A stretch of 64,000 nt of DNA from Candidatus Latescibacterota bacterium (GTDB lineage Bacteria; Latescibacterota; UBA2968; GCA-2709665). The position numbers were made by a program, and so were the translations under genes. The notes beneath the pieces are model-generated. The model worked only from the letters and a program-made list of their open reading frames with translations. It did no database searches and was not told where the DNA came from. Where the stretch lies: positions 1,376,001 to 1,440,000 of the forward strand of contig OZ241917.1 of assembly GCA_965203805.1 (NCBI GenBank), read 5' to 3'. This document shows positions 37,624 to 46,445 of this stretch, in pieces (the stretch's first letter is position 1; every line of letters begins with the position of its first letter).

Positions 37624-38787
37624 TCACACTTTGGAAGACCGGGGTCTCTCCCCGAATTCCGACGCGGATATCACCCGATCGTACACCGCCTCCAGCCGGA
37701 TGCCCAGCTTCCGCATGTCGTGGGCGTCTTCAGCGTGCGCCCGCCCCGCCCGGCCGATGTCGTCCCGCAGACGGCGGGACGTCAGCAGCGCATCCAGACC
37801 CTCCGCAAGTCCGTCCGCGTCCCGTTCCGGGAACAACAACGCGCACCGGCCGTCGGGCGCCACCGTCGGGATGTCTGCATGGAGCGAGGAGACGATCGGC
37901 AGCCCGGAAGCCATCGCTTCGATCAACGCCACCGGCGCCCCCCCTTCCGAGTCGCCATCCGAAGCGGTCACGCTGGGATACAACAGGACGGTTGCCCGTG
38001 CGAGTTCCTCCAGACAGGCCCCGTGGGGCAGCATGCCCAGCAGGGCGACGCGGTCACCGAGTCCGAGTCGGAAGATTTCCTTCTCCACCTCCGATCGCAG
38101 TTCGCCGTCGCCGATAATGCGCACCTTCAGGCCGGGATGCGACCCCAGGATTTTTCGGCACGCCCGGAGCCCGTATATGTGCCCCTTTTTCTCGCGGAAA
38201 TTGGCATACATCAGCACCGCCGCCTGCTCCCTGGCCTCAGGCGGCGCCTGCGCGATCTTCTCGAGGTCGACGCCCAGGCGTTGAACGCGGACCTTATCGG
38301 GAGGACATCCGATGGAGACCAGCGATTCGCCCATATGCGGTCCCTCGACCAGGAAGAGTTCGCCCTCACGAAACAGCCGGCCAAACCGGCGCCTCCACAG
38401 CCGCCGGCGCGGCAGCGCGGACGCATCCATCCCGTAGAACGTGGTTACCATTGGCACCCGTGCGCTTCGCCGCGCCGCCAGGCAGAAATATCCCTCCTGT
38501 CCGAAATGGGCATGGACGATCCCGGCGCGTTCTTCCCTGAGGACATTGCCGTAGCCGGCGTACGTGCCCCGGAACTTGCGTATCACCCGGTAGACCGACC
38601 GGCGCAGCCGCGGCAGGTTTTCGCTCGAATGGAGCGTTGCAACCGGGAATTCGTCCTCGTTACGCCGGGCCTGTGTCAACACGACGGGCCGATATCGCGT
38701 GAGGCTGCGGATCTGATCGTAACACCAGACCATCGTCAAAGTGAGAAACGGATTCGCACAGTGCGCCACCGTCGGCTTCTCCGGCAT
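37624..38787 (-). CDS. glycosyltransferase family 4 (WcaL-like)
   Basis: VHAHFG, TFYGMD, EKKG, PSVTASDGDSEGGAPVALIEAMASGLPIVSS. Confidence 0.9.
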   Translation of the reverse strand: MPEKPTVAHCANPFLTLTMVWCYDQIRSLTRYRPVVLTQARRNEDEFPVATLHSSENLPRLRRSVYRVIRKFRGTYAGYGNVLREERAGIVHAHFGQEGYFCLAARRSARVPMVTTFYGMDASALPRRRLWRRRFGRLFREGELFLVEGPHMGESLVSIGCPPDKVRVQRLGVDLEKIAQAPPEAREQAAVLMYANFREKKGHIYGLRACRKILGSHPGLKVRIIGDGELRSEVEKEIFRLGLGDRVALLGMLPHGACLEELARATVLLYPSVTASDGDSEGGAPVALIEAMASGLPIVSSLHADIPTVAPDGRCALLFPERDADGLAEGLDALLTSRRLRDDIGRAGRAHAEDAHDMRKLGIRLEAVYDRVISASEFGERPRSSKV

Positions 38788-38876
38788 TCACAATTCCTCT
38801 CGATCGTACGTCGACGCCCGATACGCGGCGCCTGGCGGATCGGCAGCCAGCGCGCGCTCCCGCCGTGACGAAACAC

Positions 38877-38905
38877 TTGACACCCCGCACCGCATCGCAT
38901 AATAT
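38877..38905 (+). promoter_or_regulatory. sigma70-type promoter for rhaB
   Basis: TTGACA (38877-38882), 17 nt, TAATAT (38900-38905); GAAGGAG RBS before ATG 38960. Confidence 0.6.
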
Positions 38906-38959
38906 CGCAAACGATCAACCCGCGCACAACGCGAAGAAGGCGATCCGGAAGGAGTCGCG

Positions 38960-40450
38960 ATGCCCCAGACCTACCTCGCGTTCGATCTCGGCGCGTCCAG
39001 CGGACGGGCCGTTATCGGCCGCTTCGACGGAAAGGTCGTAGAACTCGAGGAAATCCACCGCTTCGCCAACGGCCCGGTCACCGTTGCGGGAGGGCTCTAT
39101 TGGGATGCCCTTCGGCTCTATGAAGAAATGCTCGCCGGGCTTCGAAAATGCGTGCAGATCTCCGGACCGGAGCTCGCGGGCATCGGCATCGACACCTGGG
39201 GCGTGGATTTCGCGCTCCTGGACGGTGGCGACGAACTCCTGGGGAATCCCCGCTGCTACCGGGATCCACGGGTCCAGGGGATGTTGAAAAGGGCGATCAG
39301 CCGCGTCTCAAGAGCGGAAATCTTCGAGCAGACCGGCCTGCAGTTCCTGGAAATCAATACGCTCTATCAGCTGCTGTCGATGACGGAGAGGAATGCCCCG
39401 CACCTTCGAATGGCACGCACGTTCCTGATGATGCCGGACCTGTTCAATTTCTGGCTGACCGGCCGCAAGGTTTGCGAGTTTTCGAATGCCACCACCACCC
39501 AGTTCTACAATCCGAAATCGGGCGGATGGGCAACCGACCTGCTGGACCGTCTCGACATCCCCAAAGACATGCTTCCCGAGATCGTTCCGCCGGGAACGTC
39601 CCTGGGAGCGCTTCGCCCGGAGATTGCAGCGGATGCCGGCGTCCGGTCCGGCGACGTGATCGCCCCGGCGTGCCACGACACCGGATCCGCCGTGGCGGCC
39701 GTTCCCTTTTCGAGCGCCGATGCGGCCTACATCAGTTCCGGCACCTGGGCGCTGCTCGGTACGGAACTTCAGGTCCCGAACGTAACCCCGGAAGCCCTTC
39801 GATACAACTTTACCAACGAGGGCGGCGTGTGCGGAACGTTCCGGTTTTTAAAGAACGTCACCGGGCTGTGGATCGTCCAGGAATGCAGACGCATCCGGGA
39901 GAACCAGGGTCGCGCTTTCTCTTTCTCCGACCTCGTCCTGCTGGCGGAAGCAGCGCCCGCATTGACCTCGTTCATCGACCCCGACCACCCGGACTTTCTT
40001 GAGCCGGGAGATATGCCTGCGCGAATCCGCGCGTACTGCAAGCGGACGGGACAGACGGAACCCGCCACCGACGGCGCCGTCATCCGGTGCGCCCTGGAGA
40101 GCCTCGCCCTCAAGTGCCGATACGTCCTGGAGGATCTCGAGTCGGTCCTCAACCGGAAACTGCGCACGATCCACATCGTGGGCGGGGGTATCCGGAACAC
40201 CCTCTTGAACCAGTTTACCGCCAATGCAGCCGGACGCCCGGTTCTCACGGGTCCGGCCGAGGCCACCGCGCTGGGAAACGTACTCGTGCAGGCATACGCA
40301 CGGCGAGAAATCGATTCCCTCGCCGGTATCCGCGAAGTCGTTCGCAACTCCACGGAACTCGCGACCTTCGAGCCTGACGGCGGCGGCGCGTGGGAAGACG
40401 CGTACGCCCGTTTTCGTCGGCTGTTGAACGATCAGACCGGCCTCGACTGA
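38960..40450 (+). CDS. rhaB: rhamnulokinase family carbohydrate kinase
   Basis: LAFDLGASSGR, EIHRF, GIDTWGVDF, YRD, INTLYQL, HDTGSAV, SSGTWAL, FTNEGG, LKNVTGLW, EATALGN. Confidence 0.9.
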   Translation: MPQTYLAFDLGASSGRAVIGRFDGKVVELEEIHRFANGPVTVAGGLYWDALRLYEEMLAGLRKCVQISGPELAGIGIDTWGVDFALLDGGDELLGNPRCYRDPRVQGMLKRAISRVSRAEIFEQTGLQFLEINTLYQLLSMTERNAPHLRMARTFLMMPDLFNFWLTGRKVCEFSNATTTQFYNPKSGGWATDLLDRLDIPKDMLPEIVPPGTSLGALRPEIAADAGVRSGDVIAPACHDTGSAVAAVPFSSADAAYISSGTWALLGTELQVPNVTPEALRYNFTNEGGVCGTFRFLKNVTGLWIVQECRRIRENQGRAFSFSDLVLLAEAAPALTSFIDPDHPDFLEPGDMPARIRAYCKRTGQTEPATDGAVIRCALESLALKCRYVLEDLESVLNRKLRTIHIVGGGIRNTLLNQFTANAAGRPVLTGPAEATALGNVLVQAYARREIDSLAGIREVVRNSTELATFEPDGGGAWEDAYARFRRLLNDQTGLD

Positions 40451-40469
40451 GAAAGGCTGCGCCAGGCAA

Positions 40470-43400
40470 TCAGAAGAGGCTGAGCTGATCCGCCTGCCTG
40501 ACCCGCCGCTGCGCGGCCAGGCGTTCCCGCTTCAGGAGTCCCGTTGGAATATCCTCGAGGAACCGGGACGGCGCCGGGCGGGTCCGTTCGCCGAAACGCA
40601 ACCTGCTCCGCGCGCAGAGCATCACGGCCTCGTCCTTTGCACGGGTCAGTCCCACGAACAGCAGCCGCCGCTCCTCCTCCGGGTCCGCGTCCGCGTGCGG
40701 AATCAGACCCTCCTCAACGCCGCAGATGAACACCACCGGATACTCCAGCCCCTTGGATGCATGCAGGGTAGACAACGTCACAGCCTCCGCCGGCGGCCGC
40801 GCAACCCCGCCGATACGTATGTAATCCGCGTCTGCGCCCAGCACAAGTGTATCGAGGAATCTCCGCATCGTTTCGAAGCTGACCGCCATTCGCGCCAGGC
40901 GGTCCAGATCGTCGTCCTCTTCCGACCCGGCCACTTCCTTCCAACGCCTGACCAGGACTTCGACGGATTCCGTTTTCGCCAGGGTTCTGAACGCCGCGGC
41001 TGCATCGCTCAGCGCCGAAACCTTCTCACTCACGGATGACGGCAGGTCGCTATCGACGATGCCATCATCGGTTCGGGGAATCCGATCGAGCGCTGCCTTT
41101 CCAGGATGAAAAACGGGGATCGCCAGCGCGCGCAGGAGACGTGAGCGTGCTCCGGGCCGGAACGCGTAGTTGAAGAACGCGAGTGCGTGCCGTACAGGCT
41201 CCGACGAGAGGAACCCCTTCTGACCAACCACACGGTACGGCAGTCCTTCTTCCACAAAGCATCGCTCAATCGCCTCCGCCTGGCGGCCGGTCCTGAACAA
41301 CACGACAAAATCCGACAGACTGCGGTCGCCCCGTCCCGTTGCCGGATCCCGTCCACCTGCCTCACCGGCCTGCAGCATATCCGCGCCGCCCATCATCCGG
41401 CTGATCTCACGGACCACCGCAATCCCCTCCGCCGTCTCCCCTGGCACGGAAACCAGGCGGACGGCAACGCCCTCTCCGCGAACGGCTTCCAGCCGGCCCG
41501 CACTCCGGATCACTGAGGTTGCCGCATCGACAACCTGCCGCGTGGCACGGTACGTTCTCTTCAGAACAAACGTCCGTGCGGCCGGAAGATCCTCGCGCAG
41601 CCTGCGAAAATACGCGGGACTCGCGCCACGGAATCCGTAGATGGCCTGGTCCGGATCGCCGATGACGAACAGACCGGCGCCATTGCGGGAGAGCGCAGTC
41701 ACCAGCCGGTACTGCACCGCATTCACGTCCTGGAACTCGTCCACGAGCACGTGCCCGAACCGATTTAGGACCCGGTCGGATGCTTCGTCGCCTTGCCGCA
41801 GCACCGCCAGAAACTCCAGCAGAATATCGTCGTAGTCCCAGACACCCAGCCTGTGCAACCGGCCCTGGTACGCCTGGTAGAGGCCGCGCAATTTCTCCGG
41901 CGCCTCCAACAGCGGATCGGTCTTCGCCAGTGAGATCGCCGACCGGGCATCCCGGACGGACAGGCCGATATCCGCATCGGCGATAATCTCCGCCACTACC
42001 TGCGCGGCCTCCGCCTCGTCGATCACCTGCCGCATCTCTCCGGGTCGGCAGGACTTCATCAGGTCCAGCGCCGCAGCGTGGAAAGTACCAAGCATCAGCC
42101 CGTTCAGCCCGTTGGCCCGGGGCAACAGCGCGCGAACACGTTCCCGCATTTCCGCGGCGGCCTTATTGGTAAACGTCACCGCCAGGATCGACGCCGGGTG
42201 CACACCCTCCTCCCCGATCAGCCTGGCGACACGATGGGTCAATACCCGTGTCTTGCCAGTGCCTGGACCCGCCTCTACGATCACCGGACCGGCGTCACAG
42301 ATAACAGCCGCCCGCTGTACTTCGTCCAATCCGCCCGGGTCCGCGACGTCGCCTGTCTCTTGCGCTTCACCGTTCCCGCCAGCGGGCGCTTCGGCCTGCG
42401 GCGGCGTTTTGGATGGCGTCACCGGCGTCGGCGCTTCCGGTCCGGAGGGCAGATCGAACAGCGCGGGCTGGCGGCTCAGGCGAGCGCGGTCCTCGTCCGA
42501 GAACACCTGGATTCGCCCGTACACACCGTCGTAGCCGGCGGCAATTTTCACCTCCCCGGTCCGCATTCGCCGCACGCCTTCCGCCACGAGCGGTTCGCCG
42601 GCGACGGCAATCGCTTCGGGGGACGCATCCCGCAAAATGCCGAGTTCGGGCCCCATGTCCGCAAGCAGCCTTTCGTACACCCCCTGGACTCTCTTGCTGG
42701 TTGGCCCCACACCGAGCACGGAACCGATAATCTCCGGCAGCGGAATCAGATTCTCATACGGCGGCGCCACGGCCGGCCTGCCGCCCTCCTCCCGGTCCGC
42801 CAACTGCTCGACGCGGTGCAGTACGCCCACGGTCAACCGCTTGCCGCATTCCGGGCACACACAATCCGCCGCAAGCGACTGCCTCGGCTCCCAGCAGATT
42901 CCGCATTTCCGATGCCCGTCCAGGTGATACTTGCCTTCTTCGGGATAGAACTCGAGCGTCCCCAGGAACCGATCGGGATCTCTGGTTTTCAGCGCGTCGT
43001 ACATGCCCCGGTACGACAATTCGGTATCGAAACAGGTGGCCTCCCGCGCCAGTTTCTGCGGGGAATGCGCGTCCGAATTGGAAACGATCGCATACCTGTC
43101 CAGCATCGACAGGCGCCAGTTCATCGGCGGATCCGACGAGAGCCCCGTCTCCACGGCGAAGATCGCCGGCAGCATGTCCTCGAAACACTCCTCGAGTGTG
43201 TCGAACCCGGAACTGGCGCCCAGCACCGCAAAATGGGGCGTCCAGATATGCGCCGGAATGAACAGCGCGTCGCCGGCCGCTTCCATGCAGATTTCCACGA
43301 GGTCCCGGCTGTCCAGGCCGAGGATAGGCCGCCCGTCCGATTTAAGGTTTCCGATGTCTCCCAGGCGGGCATTCAACCGCTCGACCGCCTCGAAACCGGG

Positions 43401-43739
43401 CATCAGTACGACGTGGTGCACCTTGCGGGTCCGGTCGTTCTTCTTGTAGATCACGCTGATCTCGGTAGACAGCACAAACCGAACCGTTCCCCGGCACCGT
43501 TCCGGGAGGTCATCGTCCACCGCAGCCTGCAGGGCCGGCTTTAGCCGGAACAGCCCCTCCTCCGCGGGCTCCAGGCGGTCCTTCAGCTCCTCGATCCATT
43601 CGGGATGGGTGAAATCGCCCGTTCCGACCACGTTCACGCCCTTGAGCGCGGACCACTTGTAGAGATTCTCCGGGTTCAGTTGACGGCTCGTCGCCCTGGA
43701 AAACCGGGAGTGCAGGTGTACGTCCGCCACAAATCGCAT
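40470..43739 (-). CDS. endonuclease Q-like PHP domain fused to UvrD/PcrA superfamily-1 helicase
   Basis: N-terminal ADVHLHSRFSRATS, GTGDFTHP, PAHIWTP, ETGLSSDP, NSDAHS, GKYHLDGHRKC..C...CPECG; C-terminal AGPGTGKT, TFTNKAA, VDEFQD, GDPDQAIYGFRG, TLHASKGLE, EERRLLFVGLTRA. Confidence 0.92.
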   Translation of the reverse strand: MRFVADVHLHSRFSRATSRQLNPENLYKWSALKGVNVVGTGDFTHPEWIEELKDRLEPAEEGLFRLKPALQAAVDDDLPERCRGTVRFVLSTEISVIYKKNDRTRKVHHVVLMPGFEAVERLNARLGDIGNLKSDGRPILGLDSRDLVEICMEAAGDALFIPAHIWTPHFAVLGASSGFDTLEECFEDMLPAIFAVETGLSSDPPMNWRLSMLDRYAIVSNSDAHSPQKLAREATCFDTELSYRGMYDALKTRDPDRFLGTLEFYPEEGKYHLDGHRKCGICWEPRQSLAADCVCPECGKRLTVGVLHRVEQLADREEGGRPAVAPPYENLIPLPEIIGSVLGVGPTSKRVQGVYERLLADMGPELGILRDASPEAIAVAGEPLVAEGVRRMRTGEVKIAAGYDGVYGRIQVFSDEDRARLSRQPALFDLPSGPEAPTPVTPSKTPPQAEAPAGGNGEAQETGDVADPGGLDEVQRAAVICDAGPVIVEAGPGTGKTRVLTHRVARLIGEEGVHPASILAVTFTNKAAAEMRERVRALLPRANGLNGLMLGTFHAAALDLMKSCRPGEMRQVIDEAEAAQVVAEIIADADIGLSVRDARSAISLAKTDPLLEAPEKLRGLYQAYQGRLHRLGVWDYDDILLEFLAVLRQGDEASDRVLNRFGHVLVDEFQDVNAVQYRLVTALSRNGAGLFVIGDPDQAIYGFRGASPAYFRRLREDLPAARTFVLKRTYRATRQVVDAATSVIRSAGRLEAVRGEGVAVRLVSVPGETAEGIAVVREISRMMGGADMLQAGEAGGRDPATGRGDRSLSDFVVLFRTGRQAEAIERCFVEEGLPYRVVGQKGFLSSEPVRHALAFFNYAFRPGARSRLLRALAIPVFHPGKAALDRIPRTDDGIVDSDLPSSVSEKVSALSDAAAAFRTLAKTESVEVLVRRWKEVAGSEEDDDLDRLARMAVSFETMRRFLDTLVLGADADYIRIGGVARPPAEAVTLSTLHASKGLEYPVVFICGVEEGLIPHADADPEEERRLLFVGLTRAKDEAVMLCARSRLRFGERTRPAPSRFLEDIPTGLLKRERLAAQRRVRQADQLSLF

Positions 43740-43769
43740 CGGGGTTCCTTTAGCCTACGTGATTTACAA

Positions 43770-44013
43770 ACATGGACTTACATGGATGAACAGGATGAAC
43801 AGGATAAAGACCAACGAAAAAGAAAATCACAAGATCTGAAAAATTCATAGACATAGCCCGACATGGATAGACAGGATGAACAGGATGAATACCAACGGCA
43901 ACGGCAAGAGCCAGAAGACATGATAATTCACCAACACAAACTTACATGGATGGAAAGGATGGAAACGAAGAAGCACGAGAAAACGAGAAGACGAAAAAAC
44001 GCGGGAAAACGAG
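43770..44013 (+). repeat. purine-rich intergenic scar with three ACATGGAT(G/A) 9-bp-period repeat blocks
   Basis: TTACATGGATGAACAGGATGAACAGGATAA (~43778), ACATGGATAGACAGGATGAACAGGATGAA (43861), TTACATGGATGGAAAGGATGGAAA (~43942), then ACGAGAAA-like repeats. Confidence 0.7.
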
Positions 44014-44118
44014 TAACTGCAGTGAGTCGAATCACCATAGAACGCGCGTCGTCACTCCGCCCACTCTGAAACCCGACATTGTACTGGCCGTGCCCGACTC
44101 CGGTGGCGGTCGCCGACC

Positions 44119-44712
44119 TCAAATGTCGTACGAAGGCTTCACGTCCCTATCGTATTTGTCGCGACTGGCCGACACGCATTGAAAGACCTGGTAACCGTTG
44201 ATTTCGACCCACATGTAGATCCTGTGGCAGATGTCGCAGACCCTCAGGACGTGGCCGCCGGGACGCTTCTCTTCGCGGTACATGATATCGTCATAGCCAC
44301 CGAGAAGGCGTGCGATATCGTCCCTTGAACTTCGATCGAGGAGCAACCCGATAATCTCACGCGGAAGGTCGGCCGCGGCCTGGCGCAGACGGTTGGTGTC
44401 CACGTCCCACGGGGATTTGAGCCCCGATCCGCACGCGCACCAGCGGTCGCTCATATCCCAGTCCTTACGAAACCACCACTGGTCGAGGATACGTCTGCAA
44501 GACATGCAGAATTCGTACGAATCCGTGGGATCCATACCCTCATTTCGGATCAGATCGCCGATCCGGTCGCGCTCATTCTGCGGCAAGTCTCCGAGCTTTA
44601 CGGTCGGCGTGTGACACCACCGGCATCGACGGGAACTCTTCCGTAGAAATATAACCAGCGCGATAAACCCGATGATCAGAAGCGCCGAGAAAACCAGATG
44701 CCCGGTTCCCAT
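44119..44712 (-). CDS. membrane-anchored Cys-rich (double zinc-ribbon) protein of unknown function, paralogue 3
   Basis: N-terminal TM then CRWC, CMSC, CAC, CDIC, YMWVEINGYQVFQCVS; aligns by eye along its full length with the two upstream ORFs. Confidence 0.8.
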   Translation of the reverse strand: MGTGHLVFSALLIIGFIALVIFLRKSSRRCRWCHTPTVKLGDLPQNERDRIGDLIRNEGMDPTDSYEFCMSCRRILDQWWFRKDWDMSDRWCACGSGLKSPWDVDTNRLRQAAADLPREIIGLLLDRSSRDDIARLLGGYDDIMYREEKRPGGHVLRVCDICHRIYMWVEINGYQVFQCVSASRDKYDRDVKPSYDI

Positions 44713-44768
44713 CTATATTACTCCTCAGCCGACCCCGCGGGTGCGCGGCGCCGTTCTTCCGCGTATAT

Positions 44769-45365
44769 TCAGGTTTCAATCTGGCGGCGGTCCGATACCC
44801 CCTCGTATTTTTCACGCCCCGACGAAACACACTGAAAAACCTGAAAACCCTTGATCTCAACCCACATATATACCCTGTGGCAGATATCGCACACCCGAAG
44901 CGGATGCTCTTCCGGACTCCGCTCGAAGCGGTAATCCAGATCGTCATATCCGCGACGGAGATGCGCCATCTCGTCGGGGCTGTAGCGTTCTGAAAGCAAT
45001 GTGATAACAGCCGGAGGCAGGTCCGCCACCGCCTGCCTGAGTTTCCTTGGATCGACATCCCACGGAATCGACAGTTCATAGCCGCAAGCGCACCACCTGT
45101 CGTGCACATCCCAGTCCGCCCCAAACCACCACTCGTCATAGATTCGCCGACAGGCCTCGCACAATTCGTACGAAACCTCGGGATCCATACCTTCTTCCCG
45201 GATGAGATCGCCGATCTGCGCACGCTCCGCGTCCGGTAAATCCCCGATTTTTCGTGTTGGCGAATGGCACCAGGCGCACAGGTGGGAGTCCCTCCGGAGA
45301 AACACCATCAACGCGATGACTCCCCCGATCAAAACTGCTGCGAAAATCAGATACCAGATTATCAT
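44769..45365 (-). CDS. membrane-anchored Cys-rich (double zinc-ribbon) protein of unknown function, paralogue 2
   Basis: TM, CAWC, CEAC, CAC, CDIC, YMWVEIKGFQVFQCVS. Confidence 0.8.
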   Translation of the reverse strand: MIIWYLIFAAVLIGGVIALMVFLRRDSHLCAWCHSPTRKIGDLPDAERAQIGDLIREEGMDPEVSYELCEACRRIYDEWWFGADWDVHDRWCACGYELSIPWDVDPRKLRQAVADLPPAVITLLSERYSPDEMAHLRRGYDDLDYRFERSPEEHPLRVCDICHRVYMWVEIKGFQVFQCVSSGREKYEGVSDRRQIET

Positions 45366-45446
45366 TGCAATTGACCCTCGCCGAGCCCGGAGCCCGGCAT
45401 CAACGCACTCCCCGGAAAACCGGTAGACATCATTCGCGCCCCGACA

Positions 45447-46028
45447 TCAGTCCGGCCGATCGTATTTGGCCGTGTCGCCCGATACAACCTGGAATACCTG
45501 AAAGCCCTTGACTGGCAACCACATATAGATCCGGAAACAGCTTCTACAGACGAACAGGATATGGTCGTTGGACACGGACGAGTACAGACGTTCGTGCAGC
45601 CCTTCCTTCCCGTATTTTCGCTCAATATACGCCATGATTTCCGAGGGGATTCCACGCAGCGCGGATTTCAGCGCATCGGTATCGACGATCAAAGCGGGTC
45701 GCGACAGGTCGCAGCCACAGGCGCACTGGCGATCGATCAACTCCCAGTCCATGCGGTGCGGGCGATTGTCGCTGAACCAGCGCCAGTCGTAAACGCGCTT
45801 GCACTTCGGACAGACCTCGTACTTCTCCGGCTCCCCGGGCATTTCCTCTTCCTGAATCAGCCGCCGTACCTGTTCCGCTTCGTCACGCGGCAAACGTTCG
45901 ATCGGCGCCGTCGATTTCATACACCATCTGCATCGACGTATCCGGTGCTTCGTCAGAAACACGACGACGATAACCGCAGCCATAACGCCTGCTGTAAAGA
46001 TGGCGATTTCTTCGACGGCAACGTCCAT
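45447..46028 (-). CDS. membrane-anchored Cys-rich (double zinc-ribbon) protein of unknown function, paralogue 1 (most divergent)
   Basis: TM, CRWC, CPKC, CAC, CRSC, YMWLPVKGFQVFQVVS; start set at MDVAVEE by alignment with its paralogues. Confidence 0.78.
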   Translation of the reverse strand: MDVAVEEIAIFTAGVMAAVIVVVFLTKHRIRRCRWCMKSTAPIERLPRDEAEQVRRLIQEEEMPGEPEKYEVCPKCKRVYDWRWFSDNRPHRMDWELIDRQCACGCDLSRPALIVDTDALKSALRGIPSEIMAYIERKYGKEGLHERLYSSVSNDHILFVCRSCFRIYMWLPVKGFQVFQVVSGDTAKYDRPD

Positions 46029-46267
46029 GGAGACGTCCGCTCTGACGTAAACCTGGATCGGATGATTGCGACAGTTGAATTGTTGTGATTTCAGGCAGGT
46101 AATGTACTGTTCAGTATAGCGTTTCGCCGTTCGAAATACAAGCACCGAGACAATGGCGAAACCGGGACATTTCGCGTCATCGTCGACTCACCCAATAGGG
46201 GCCCTTGCAGCGCCGCGTAAGGTGGACGATAGACCGGGAACTCGGCGACCGTTGAGCCCAAATCAGA

Positions 46268-46296
46268 TTGACCGGACGTTCGATTCCGCCTATATT
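46268..46296 (+). promoter_or_regulatory. sigma70-type promoter for the defence operon
   Basis: TTGACC (46268-46273), 17 nt, TATATT (46291-46296), about 150 nt upstream of the helicase start. Confidence 0.55.
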
Positions 46297-46445
46297 GCTC
46301 ACCCTACGTAATTTTACAACTATGTAGTCCATATTCGAGTGCTTTGATCGAAAACCCGAACGATCAAATGGTACCGTGATTCGCAGCGGATAATGGTCCG
46401 CATATTGCATCCGTATGACAATGATATCGGCGAGGGAGTCTTGAT

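Noticed and set aside
43770-43965. possible CRISPR array
   Set aside because: Only three degenerate, internally periodic blocks with non-uniform spacing; no cas genes.
43863-44069. 68-aa ORF MDRQDEQDEY...
   Set aside because: Its sequence is a translation of the DNA repeats; no independent coding evidence.
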